The position numbers were made by a program, and so were the translations under genes. A stretch of 64,000 bases of DNA from a virus. The stretch spans positions 11,555-75,554 of the IMG/VR virus record IMGVR_UViG_3300037488_001841, one strand, 5' to 3'. Positions 49,883 through 58,437 of this stretch are shown piece by piece (positions within the stretch are counted from its first letter, which is position 1; each line of letters opens with the position of its first letter). The notes below the pieces were generated by a model. The model had not been told where the DNA came from. It did not search any database and saw nothing but the letters and a program-made list of their open reading frames with translations.

Positions 49883-50906
49883 TATATATGAATTTTTTAT
49901 TGAAATATTAAGTAAATATTCGATAGATCATATAAAAAAAGAATTGGATGTTAATAAAAATACGATTGAAAGGTGGAAAAAATTAAAAAAAATTCCTAAA
50001 CAATATTATTTTGATCTTTGTAGGATTGATAATATCCCTATAAATTATTCTGAATTTTCGGAAAAAGACAAAGATCAATTTTATACTAGTGTTGAAGATG
50101 CTAAAAAATGTATATTAATATCAAAAACAATTGTTGAAAAATTTGGAGATAATTTTGATAATTATAATTTTATAGAGCCATCCGCTGGAAATGGTAGTTT
50201 TTTTAATTTATTACCCCAAGATAAAGTGGTTGGGATAGACATTGAGCCAAAGTTGGATCAAATTATAGAAGGTGATTTCTTAAAATGGTACCCTGAAACT
50301 AATAATAATTTAACAATTGGTAATCCTCCATTTGGGTTAAGAGGTAATTTGGCTTTGAAATTTATAAATCGAGCGGCTAAATTCTCAGAGTATGTGTGTT
50401 TTATACTACCTCAATTATTTGATAGTAATGGTAAAGGATCTTGTAAAAAAAGAGTTAGGGGTTTAAATTTAATACATACTGAAAATATTGGATCAACATA
50501 TTTTTTACCGAATGGAGATGAAGTAATAGTTAATGCTATATTCCAAATATGGTCTAAAAGACATAAAATTGATGAAAATGAGGTTGACATATCTGAATAT
50601 GTGAAAATATTTTCATTATCTGATGGGGGTACTCCAGGGTCAACAAGAAATAAAGATATGTTAGATATGTGTGATTTTTATTTGCCGTCAACTTGTTTTG
50701 GGGTAGATAAAGTTAAAATTTATAATGACTTTGAATCTTTACCTCAAAGAAGAGGTTACGGTCTTAAAGTGGTTGATGGAAATGAAAGAATTGCGAAAAT
50801 AATAACAGAAATAGAATGGAGTAACGTGGCATTCACCTCAACAAATGGAGCTTATAATTTACGCTTTGATTTAATAGAATGGGCAATCTTTAAAAAAATA
50901 GTATAA
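49875..50906 (+). CDS. Amino (N6-adenine) DNA methyltransferase with N-terminal HTH
   Basis: IEPSAGNGSF (motif I), GNPPFG (motif IV); N-terminal IKKELDVNKNTIERW is HTH-like. Confidence 0.85.
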   Translation: MDNIYEFFIEILSKYSIDHIKKELDVNKNTIERWKKLKKIPKQYYFDLCRIDNIPINYSEFSEKDKDQFYTSVEDAKKCILISKTIVEKFGDNFDNYNFIEPSAGNGSFFNLLPQDKVVGIDIEPKLDQIIEGDFLKWYPETNNNLTIGNPPFGLRGNLALKFINRAAKFSEYVCFILPQLFDSNGKGSCKKRVRGLNLIHTENIGSTYFLPNGDEVIVNAIFQIWSKRHKIDENEVDISEYVKIFSLSDGGTPGSTRNKDMLDMCDFYLPSTCFGVDKVKIYNDFESLPQRRGYGLKVVDGNERIAKIITEIEWSNVAFTSTNGAYNLRFDLIEWAIFKKIV

Positions 50907-50933
50907 ATACCCAAAAAAATAGTATAAATACCC
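50892..50933. repeat. Exact 21-bp tandem duplication (aaaaaaatagtataaataccc x2)
   Basis: Copies at 50892-50912 and 50913-50933; the first contains the MTase stop codon. Confidence 0.95.
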
Positions 50934-50995
50934 AAAAAAATTAGTACTTATTCTATTTTTTGAGTATTTTTGTTGAAATAATTAAAACATAATAT

Positions 50996-51487
50996 ATGAA
51001 GTACTTACTTTTTATCTATTATTCGGAAGGAGAAAAAACCGAAGATGATATTTACCAAATTGCTGAAGAATTGGCACCCATCGTTGATTCAGACGAGATT
51101 AAATATGTGTACGGACCGTCACACGTAGTTTTTAACTTTGTGACCGAGATGTCTCAAAGTGAATTATCAATGTATGTTGATATTATAACAGAAGATATCG
51201 GTTATTTTAAGTATATTTTAATACCAACACCAAAGGTGATTGCATCAAACATGGAACCAGAGCATCTTAAACATCTTATGGAGGTTAATGGTCAAAATGA
51301 AGATAGTGGAGACGTATCACCCAACTTTATTGAGTTTCTAAAGGAGAGTTTTGGTGGGTCAAATCACAGTGTATGTAATTTAACAATAGATGAGATTTTA
51401 GAGAAAATTAAAGATCAGGGAGTACAATCCTTAACAAAAGAAGAAAAAGAAAAATTAGATAATTATTCACAATCAATCAAAAATTAA
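50996..51487 (+). CDS. Hypothetical protein with C-terminal DUF6576-like helical motif
   Basis: IDEILEKIKDQGVQSLTKEEKEKL resembles the tail on Bacteroidota rhomboid proteins; TATTTTTG at 50965-50972. Confidence 0.65.
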   Translation: MKYLLFIYYSEGEKTEDDIYQIAEELAPIVDSDEIKYVYGPSHVVFNFVTEMSQSELSMYVDIITEDIGYFKYILIPTPKVIASNMEPEHLKHLMEVNGQNEDSGDVSPNFIEFLKESFGGSNHSVCNLTIDEILEKIKDQGVQSLTKEEKEKLDNYSQSIKN

Positions 51488-51490
51488 TAA

Positions 51491-52291
51491 ATGAAGGACA
51501 AAAACTTAGGAATACCTATTAACCAAGACGAAGTTTACCACTACCTTAAAGATATCAGAAAAATTAAAGTAATGACTCCCGACAGAGAACGTGAGTTAGC
51601 CGTTAAAATGAAATCAAATGAGATTTCAGACAAAGAGAGAAAACAAATTGAGGAAGAACTTCTTATAGGTAACTTAAGATTTGTCATTACTGTGGCGAAG
51701 CAGTATCAAAACCAAGGTTTAGATTTACAAGATCTAATTGCTGAGGGTAATTATGGTTTGATGAAAGCAATCAAAAACTTTGATTGGGGGAAGGACCTTA
51801 GATTTATATCTTATGCGGTGTGGTGGGTTAAACAATCAATCATTCAATCGTTAAATGATAACGCAAGAACAATACGATTACCGGTGAATGTTGTTCAAGA
51901 TCTTCATAGAGCAAAGAAAGAGTTGGAACAGACAGGTAAGAAGTTGGAAGACAAATTTTCCACATTACCATCAATCATTGATTTGGACATGAGAATTAAT
52001 GATGAGGGAGATACTCTTATTGATATGATTGCGAATCAAGATGCTGAGGCTCCTGATGCTTCTTTTCATACAAAAGATATTCTAAAAGAAAAAATGATGA
52101 CCTTGTTGGATGTTTTAGATGATCGTGAGAAGTCAATCATTGGGGATTACTTTGGGTTAACAGGAACTCCAAGAACTTTAGAGGACATTGGTAGTGATTT
52201 TGGCCTCACAAAAGAAAGAGTACGTCAGATTAAAGAAAAGGCGTTAAGACGATTAAGAAACGATAGTTCGGAACTATTTGATTATTTGTAA
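51491..52291 (+). CDS. Phage-encoded RpoD-family sigma-70 factor, Bacteroidota type
   Basis: YLKDI (region 1.2), NLRFVITVAKQYQNQG..DLIAEGNYGL, FISYAVWWVKQSI, RTIRLP, TLEDIG..GLTKERVRQIKEKALRRLR. Confidence 0.93.
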   Translation: MKDKNLGIPINQDEVYHYLKDIRKIKVMTPDRERELAVKMKSNEISDKERKQIEEELLIGNLRFVITVAKQYQNQGLDLQDLIAEGNYGLMKAIKNFDWGKDLRFISYAVWWVKQSIIQSLNDNARTIRLPVNVVQDLHRAKKELEQTGKKLEDKFSTLPSIIDLDMRINDEGDTLIDMIANQDAEAPDASFHTKDILKEKMMTLLDVLDDREKSIIGDYFGLTGTPRTLEDIGSDFGLTKERVRQIKEKALRRLRNDSSELFDYL

Positions 52292-52294
52292 GAA

Positions 52295-52390
52295 AAGGGT
52301 TGAACCGAGATTACCCTTATAACTCGGCGGAATGGGACACGAGGTTCCCTGGGTGAAATTCCTCAACTATATCTATATGGTATAGTGAAA
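52295..52390 (+). ncRNA. Candidate structured RNA (H-type pseudoknot + two hairpins) downstream of sigma gene
   Basis: aagggt/accctt and ccgag/ctcgg crossed stems; ggaat-gggac..gttccc..attcc; actatatc/ggtatagt; GC-rich relative to other spacers. Confidence 0.4.
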
Positions 52391-52396
52391 CTACAT

Positions 52397-52426
52397 CCCC
52401 TCACTGGTACCGGTGGGGGGTTTTTT
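52397..52426 (+). terminator. Rho-independent terminator
   Basis: ccctcactg-gtac-cggtggggg followed by a T run. Confidence 0.8.
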
Positions 52427-52874
52427 ATACCCATATAACTGTTTGCCAACCGGCAACTCTAAATGGATTTTCTTTTGATTCTCTAAAAACGGTAATTACA
52501 TTTAATATCCATTTTAAGTCATTTTTTTGAACAGGTTGAATTGCAATTGCAATCTCCCATTTTAATGATTTAACAACAAATCTTTCATTTGCGACTATCT
52601 TGTGGGAAACTATTTTTTCCGCAATTTTATTTCTTGCTTTCAGTAATACTTCGTTTATTTCCCAATTAGTTATTTCTCTTTGATTATAATCGTAACTATA
52701 TTTGCCGGTCAATTCCTCACCTTTACCTTCTAAATCGGGTCTGGTTCTTCTTTTCCAAGAGTGAGGCTCTCTAAATATCTCTAAATAAAAATCGGAATTT
52801 AAATTAACAGACATATTACCGATTGTTTTCTCAATAAGTAAATGTTTTAATATTGTGTTCCTAAGTGATGACAT
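52425..52874 (-). CDS. Hypothetical protein
   Basis: ORF track; TATTTAT at 52881-52887 (minus). Confidence 0.7.
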   Translation of the reverse strand: MSSLRNTILKHLLIEKTIGNMSVNLNSDFYLEIFREPHSWKRRTRPDLEGKGEELTGKYSYDYNQREITNWEINEVLLKARNKIAEKIVSHKIVANERFVVKSLKWEIAIAIQPVQKNDLKWILNVITVFRESKENPFRVAGWQTVIWV

Positions 52875-52880
52875 ATGATT

Positions 52881-52906
52881 ATAAATATATTATTATTGAT
52901 ATTTAT
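52881..52906. promoter_or_regulatory. Back-to-back divergent TATTTAT motifs
   Basis: Minus copy 52881-52887 serves 52874; plus copy 52900-52906 serves 52925. Confidence 0.6.
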
Positions 52907-52924
52907 AAACACATAACAATTATT

Positions 52925-53998
52925 ATGAAAGAAAAATTTTTACCTTGGTTTTTATTATTCTGTGCTCTTGGTCTGTCGGGTACGGCAGCATATTACAGTG
53001 TGGTTGGACTATCAATAGTGTTTGTGGGAGTTGCTATACCTGTTATTATTATGGGTGGGTTTTTGGAAGTTTCCAAGATAGCAATAGCAACTTATTTACA
53101 CGATAAATGGAAAGAAACTTACGGAGCATTGAAGATTTATTTAACAATGGCATTAATTATTTTGTCAGTCATTACATCAATAGGGATATACGGTTTATTA
53201 AGTACTGGATTCCAATCAAACATTGCTAAATTAGAGATCAATGATAAACAGATTAAAAACATTGAAGTTAAAAAAGACAGGTTTGAGGAGATCAAATTAG
53301 AGTATACTAAAGAAAAAACAATATTGGATAAGGACATCTCAAAGTTGAGAGATGGGTTATCAAGTAATACAACAACTCAAACTGTGGATAGACAAACAGG
53401 TCAAATTGTAACAAGGGCAAATAATGCAAATAGACAATCATTTGAGAAACAGTTAAAATCTGCTCAAGACAACCGAGATATTGTGTCGGGTAAAATTGAT
53501 GCAATGAACGACAGCATAACTAGATTAGACATTAAAATATTGGACATGGAATCTCAAGAGATTGAGGGTAATGAACTTGGAGCGATTAAATATGTGAGTG
53601 AGTTAAGTGGTTGGGGTCTCAATGAAGTTGCGAATTTATTTATTCTTATTTTGATCTTTGTGTTTGATCCATTGGCAATCACATTAGTTATTGCAACCAA
53701 TCAGGCGTTTAAGGCAAATAAAAAACGCAAAGAGGATGATGTAACTATTGAAGAGAAAATAGTAGAAGTTGAGAAAATAGTTGAAGTACCTGTTGAAGTA
53801 ATTAAAGAGGTTGAGAAGATTGTTGAGGTTCCTGTTGAGGTATTTGTGGAGAAGGGAAAGGTAGTTCCTAATGTTGAGGAATTATTTGAATCTAACGATT
53901 TGTATATAGACATAATGTTAGATGATGAAATTACAACTACAACAACGACCCAAGAAGGTCCTAAAGTTTTAAGATACACTAAAAATAATGTTGGATGA
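52925..53998 (+). CDS. Membrane protein: 3 N-terminal TM helices, coiled coil, TM, EKIVEVPVE repeats
   Basis: ATG 52925; hydrophobic segments, ELGAIKYV...LILIFVFDPLAI. Confidence 0.75.
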   Translation: MKEKFLPWFLLFCALGLSGTAAYYSVVGLSIVFVGVAIPVIIMGGFLEVSKIAIATYLHDKWKETYGALKIYLTMALIILSVITSIGIYGLLSTGFQSNIAKLEINDKQIKNIEVKKDRFEEIKLEYTKEKTILDKDISKLRDGLSSNTTTQTVDRQTGQIVTRANNANRQSFEKQLKSAQDNRDIVSGKIDAMNDSITRLDIKILDMESQEIEGNELGAIKYVSELSGWGLNEVANLFILILIFVFDPLAITLVIATNQAFKANKKRKEDDVTIEEKIVEVEKIVEVPVEVIKEVEKIVEVPVEVFVEKGKVVPNVEELFESNDLYIDIMLDDEITTTTTTQEGPKVLRYTKNNVG

Positions 53999-54587
53999 AC
54001 TGATGAAATACGGGAACTTCCAATCAGTAGGGAAGAACCAAAACAAAAAACAAATTATCCTAACCAACACATCCCGAAACGTAAAGGATTATTTACAATC
54101 ACTAAAATATAGATATAACGGTAAGTACGATAAGATACCAAACTACATAGTTACCAGAGAAGGTAAGATTTTACAGTTATTGGATAACGATGAGTATGGT
54201 AAATATAACGGTAATGATAAGGTTGATATGAACTCTATTGTTATATCGTTAGAGAATTTAGGGTGGTTGGAAAAAGAACCATTAAAAAATTCACACATTA
54301 ATTGGATTGGGGATATTTATAATCAAAAGGTTTTTGAACGTAAATGGAGAGATTATTTCTTTTGGCAACCTTATGTTGAGGAACAGTTAAAATTAACTGC
54401 CAAACTATGTGTTGAAATAACAAAAGAAACGTCAATTCCTTTAAAAAGTGTTGAACATAATACGAAAATAAATGGTGTAGAAAAAGTTGAAGGTATTGTG
54501 ACAAGAAGTAATTTTGATAGCGATTTTACTGATGTTAGTCCGGCTTTTAATTTTGAATATTTTATAAAACAATTATACGATGAGTAA
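53988..54587 (+). CDS. Amidase_2/PGRP-fold protein, Zn ligands apparently lost
   Basis: IILTNT, PNYIVTREGKILQL, NSIVISLEN, YVEEQ...AKLC, TDVSPAFNF. Confidence 0.7.
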   Translation: MLDELMKYGNFQSVGKNQNKKQIILTNTSRNVKDYLQSLKYRYNGKYDKIPNYIVTREGKILQLLDNDEYGKYNGNDKVDMNSIVISLENLGWLEKEPLKNSHINWIGDIYNQKVFERKWRDYFFWQPYVEEQLKLTAKLCVEITKETSIPLKSVEHNTKINGVEKVEGIVTRSNFDSDFTDVSPAFNFEYFIKQLYDE

Positions 54588-55209
54588 TTACGAAGAATTA
54601 AAACAATTATTATCGGCTTCAAGAAAATTAATTGGGGGTGATAAATTAAATGAAGATTATAATCGCATAAGAAAAACTTATGGGTTATTAACGGAACAAC
54701 CGGTTGAATATCCTGATGCGGGAATTAATATAATGAAAGATATTGATGATAAAATTAAGGATGATACCGAATATGAAACCGCTGAAAAACCTGAAGAAGA
54801 CGAAGATTATGATGAAATAAAATCAGATAAAAAAAAGGCGTATAGAATTTCAGGTGGGATTTTAGTAATTCACAGTAAAAATACAAGTGACTTACAATTA
54901 ACAACAGATGATAAATTAGCGTTCCAAGAAACTATGGATGAGTTTAAACAAGGAGTTACCGAAATGGCTGACTTCAATAAATTAAATTTATACCCAACAA
55001 ATGTTGAGTGGTCAGGTAAGATCACAGAATTGGATATTGAGTTTTTCTTTTCAATCGCCGAAACAAATGGAGTTTATATAAATGGTACCATGATTAAACT
55101 TGATGAAGAATTTACTGAAATGTCGACAAAATTAAAGTCGTATTATGAGAAGTTCAAAGCAAAGTGGTCAAAAATTGTATCAACAAGAAAAGAAACAAGT
55201 GAATTATGA
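54580..55209 (+). CDS. Hypothetical protein
   Basis: ORF track; coupled overlaps. Confidence 0.75.
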   Translation: MSNYEELKQLLSASRKLIGGDKLNEDYNRIRKTYGLLTEQPVEYPDAGINIMKDIDDKIKDDTEYETAEKPEEDEDYDEIKSDKKKAYRISGGILVIHSKNTSDLQLTTDDKLAFQETMDEFKQGVTEMADFNKLNLYPTNVEWSGKITELDIEFFFSIAETNGVYINGTMIKLDEEFTEMSTKLKSYYEKFKAKWSKIVSTRKETSEL

Positions 55210-55559
55210 GAAAGTTTTTAAGTGAAAATTTCAAATATATTATGGTACCAATATTATTATTCTTAATTGGGTTATTAATATATGATCTTACAAGTAAAGA
55301 TAATGGTATGTCTAAGGAAGATAAAAAAAGAATTGAACAACTTGATAAAGATATTAACAGTATGATTGAATATCAGAAACAGTTAGATGAAAAAATAACC
55401 GAATACAATAAAGAGATTTTGAAGATAGATTCAACAATCTCAAATATAAAAGTTAAAAAAGAAGTTGTTAATAATTACTACGAACAAAAAGGTAAAGAAA
55501 TTAAAAACTCTAACGCTAAACAAGTTGATAGTTTATTACGATCAAGATATAATTTTTAA
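55206..55559 (+). CDS. Single-TM coiled-coil protein (i-spanin-like)
   Basis: N-terminal hydrophobic helix followed by a coiled coil. Confidence 0.5.
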   Translation: MRKFLSENFKYIMVPILLFLIGLLIYDLTSKDNGMSKEDKKRIEQLDKDINSMIEYQKQLDEKITEYNKEILKIDSTISNIKVKKEVVNNYYEQKGKEIKNSNAKQVDSLLRSRYNF

Positions 55560-55562
55560 AAA

Positions 55563-55976
55563 ATGAAAAATTTATTATTAATAGTATTCATGGCGATTGG
55601 GATTACCTCTTTCGGTCAAACAATTAAGAAGGAAGATACAACTGAAATTTGTTTACCGTATACTGTGGGAAAACAAATTATGTTGGATTTAAATAAATTA
55701 GATTCAACTACAGCAATTTTAAAATTAACTGAGGAGGAAGTGATTGAGTTAAATAAAAAAATTGATTTACAACAATCGGTGATTACCACCATGGAAGAAA
55801 AGGTTAAAACAAGTGAAACCATTATACAAAAAACAAATGAGAAGTTTCAAATTGTGGATAACATCAATAAAGACCTTACTTCAGATAACAAAAAATTAAA
55901 GAGAAAAAATACAATCATACAGATAGTTTCCGCTGTAATTATAGGGGCATTAACATACGAAGTAGTAAGTAATTGA
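55563..55976 (+). CDS. Signal-peptide coiled-coil protein with C-terminal TM (spanin-like candidate)
   Basis: MKNLLLIVFMAIGITSFGQ is a Bacteroidota-style signal peptide ending before Q; C-terminal IIQIVSAVIIGAL. Confidence 0.5.
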   Translation: MKNLLLIVFMAIGITSFGQTIKKEDTTEICLPYTVGKQIMLDLNKLDSTTAILKLTEEEVIELNKKIDLQQSVITTMEEKVKTSETIIQKTNEKFQIVDNINKDLTSDNKKLKRKNTIIQIVSAVIIGALTYEVVSN

Positions 55977-55977
55977 G

Positions 55978-56223
55978 ATGGCATTAACACAGGCAGATAA
56001 AAGAGAAATTGAAACACTTATTAAAAAAGAAATTAAAGATTTCTTAGGATCTTCTACTGCTAAACAATTTGAGGACAAATTGGTGGAAAGAATCTCTAAG
56101 GAGATGAAAAGAGGTAAGTTGGAAAAAGACGTTAAAGAATTAATTATTAAATCATTTAGGGAGTTTTATACCATAATGTACCAGCAAAGAAGTTTCTGGG
56201 AATCTAAATTCAAAAGTTCATAA
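55978..56223 (+). CDS. Hypothetical protein
   Basis: ORF track. Confidence 0.75.
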   Translation: MALTQADKREIETLIKKEIKDFLGSSTAKQFEDKLVERISKEMKRGKLEKDVKELIIKSFREFYTIMYQQRSFWESKFKSS

Positions 56224-56987
56224 TGGATTTAATTGATTTATTTAAGAAAGAATATAATAAAAATGCCATTGATATAGGTGTTACCGGAACCGAATTGGCT
56301 AAACAAAGAAAAAATTTCCAACCAATGGCTGAAGAAAACGAAAAAAAGAAAAAAATAAAACCTCAAGATTTTCTTAAAGATAAGAATGATCTAAAAGACA
56401 TATTAATGTTGGTAAAAAATAAAAAATTATCGGCAAATAAAACAAGGGCTGAATTGAAAAAAATGTTGGAAGATCCGTCAGATCTTAATGATTTCCTTAA
56501 TTCGTTATTGAAAGTAACTAAAGGTAATAAAGAAGAAACAAAAGAACAAGGTGCGGTGGCTGCTGGGGGTTATTCAGGTCAATTATTTACGTCCAAAGAG
56601 ATGAAAGAAGAAGAGTATTGTGATTCTTGTGATAGAGTTAAATCTAAATGTGTTTGTAATAAACCAAAAAAGATTGAAACAAAAGAAGGGGCTAGTACAA
56701 CATCATCGGGTCAATACTTAGGTCCCAAGATGTGGGCGAAGTCAACTAAGAAAAAAGATTGGGGACCGAGCCGTAAAACACAAATTCCTGGTGGTAAGTT
56801 TGTCCAAGTTAAGAAAAAGTGTAAAAAATTTCCTTATTGTAATCAGGGAGATATTAATGCACTTAAAATTTTTGAAAATGAAGGATTAAGGAAGGTAATT
56901 ACAAATATAAGTGAATCTTATGGTCTTACAGAAAATTATATTAGAAACATAATTTATTTGGAGATGGAAAAATTGAATAAACATTGA
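56223..56987 (+). CDS. Hypothetical Lys/Glu-rich protein with Cys motifs
   Basis: CDSC...CVC, KKKCKKFPYCNQG; repeated ETKE. Confidence 0.7.
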   Translation: MDLIDLFKKEYNKNAIDIGVTGTELAKQRKNFQPMAEENEKKKKIKPQDFLKDKNDLKDILMLVKNKKLSANKTRAELKKMLEDPSDLNDFLNSLLKVTKGNKEETKEQGAVAAGGYSGQLFTSKEMKEEEYCDSCDRVKSKCVCNKPKKIETKEGASTTSSGQYLGPKMWAKSTKKKDWGPSRKTQIPGGKFVQVKKKCKKFPYCNQGDINALKIFENEGLRKVITNISESYGLTENYIRNIIYLEMEKLNKH

Positions 56988-56994
56988 TATTTAT
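56988..56994 (+). promoter_or_regulatory. TATTTAT motif, putative late promoter
   Basis: 15 nt before ATG 57010. Confidence 0.55.
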
Positions 56995-57009
56995 ATAAAA
57001 AACAAGAAA

Positions 57010-58389
57010 ATGAAAGATAACAAATATTATGATGTTTTGTTGAAAAAAATCCTCAACGAAACTTTAGAAGATAAGGCAAATGAGGTAATGGAAAAATTAA
57101 ATTTTACTCCTGGCAAATCATTTGATTATGTTGAAGAAGGTGAAACTTGTGAATGTGGATCACCTATGGTTGAAGGTCAATGTATGGAATGTGGTTATAT
57201 GAAAGATGGTGAAGTTTTAGAAATAGGTCCGGATGATCTTGAAATTGGTAAGAAATATAAGTATAACCCAAAAAAGTTTAAAGATATGGAAGGAAGAAGG
57301 AATGTTACTTATAAGGGTAAAACCAATTATAGTCAGGGTAGTCAACATAATATATTCCATGACGATAATTTTGGTATGTTATTACCGGATAATGATTTAG
57401 ATGATTTAGATATTGAAGAATTAGCCGAAAGATTAATTGGTAAACAAAAAAATATTGATAAAAACCATAATGGTAAGATTGATCGTGAAGATTTTAAAAT
57501 GTTAAGAAACAAAAAAGAAACAAAAGAAAATCGTGGTGAATGTATGGAGTGTGGAGACAAATATTCAATGGAAGAAGAAGAGACACATGAAGGAAATGCT
57601 TTTACAGATAAGTTAAGACATACACCTAAAGGAGGTAAATTCAAGATGGGTAATAAAGAATATACTGACAATTCTTCATTAGAAGAAGAGGTTTTGTATA
57701 AGTTACAATCAGGTGATGATTCTGAATTATTTACTGAAAGTGAAATTGTAGACATGATAGAACAAATTATCATGGAAGAAAAAGATAATATTAAAAAAGG
57801 TAAAACACCAGCTGGTTTGGAGGCTTATGAAAAGGCACATAAAGGATCCGGTAAAGAGAATAAAGATTACATGAAAGAATTCACAAAGAAAATTACTGAA
57901 TATCAGAAAGATGGGTCTAAAGAGAAATTTACGACAGATCCAAAACATTTCCCTAAAGGTAATGGTGAATTAGAAAAGATGAGTAAAAAGGCTTATGTTA
58001 TGTCTGATGGTGGGAAAGAATTTTTAGATGATTATATGAGTCCTGGTTTGGAGGATTTTGTACCTGAAGAAATCACATATGATGAAGATTGGGTATCTGA
58101 CAACATTAAAGGATCCTCAAGAACAGGAAACAACCCTGAATGGGCAAATGGTGAAGAAACTGACTTAGGTAAAAAATTGGTTAAGAAACAAAAGGCTAAA
58201 AAATTCCACAAAGCCAAAGAAACGGCATATAGAAAATCAAAACAACCTGTAACTGACGGTACTGGTGAAAATTCAGGTAGTGGTGTAAATATTAAACTTG
58301 AGAGTGTTGATAACAAAAAAACTGAAAAATTAAACGAAGAGTTTAACAGAATGAAAAGTTTAATTGGATATAACCAAAAGACCCAATAA
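57010..58389 (+). CDS. Charged protein with CxC/CxxC motifs and an EF-hand-like loop; possible head-internal protein
   Basis: CECG, CMECG x2, DKNHNGKIDREDF, C-terminal LNEEFNRMKSLIGY. Confidence 0.7.
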   Translation: MKDNKYYDVLLKKILNETLEDKANEVMEKLNFTPGKSFDYVEEGETCECGSPMVEGQCMECGYMKDGEVLEIGPDDLEIGKKYKYNPKKFKDMEGRRNVTYKGKTNYSQGSQHNIFHDDNFGMLLPDNDLDDLDIEELAERLIGKQKNIDKNHNGKIDREDFKMLRNKKETKENRGECMECGDKYSMEEEETHEGNAFTDKLRHTPKGGKFKMGNKEYTDNSSLEEEVLYKLQSGDDSELFTESEIVDMIEQIIMEEKDNIKKGKTPAGLEAYEKAHKGSGKENKDYMKEFTKKITEYQKDGSKEKFTTDPKHFPKGNGELEKMSKKAYVMSDGGKEFLDDYMSPGLEDFVPEEITYDEDWVSDNIKGSSRTGNNPEWANGEETDLGKKLVKKQKAKKFHKAKETAYRKSKQPVTDGTGENSGSGVNIKLESVDNKKTEKLNEEFNRMKSLIGYNQKTQ

Positions 58390-58437
58390 TTTACATATAT
58401 CATAACTTTATTATAATTTCTCCATAGACATAAATCT

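Noticed and set aside
52292-52426. tRNA, tmRNA or known riboswitch/hammerhead
   Set aside because: No cloverleaf or TTC T-loop, no CUGAnGA core, and it lies 3' of a gene; kept only as an unassigned structured RNA.
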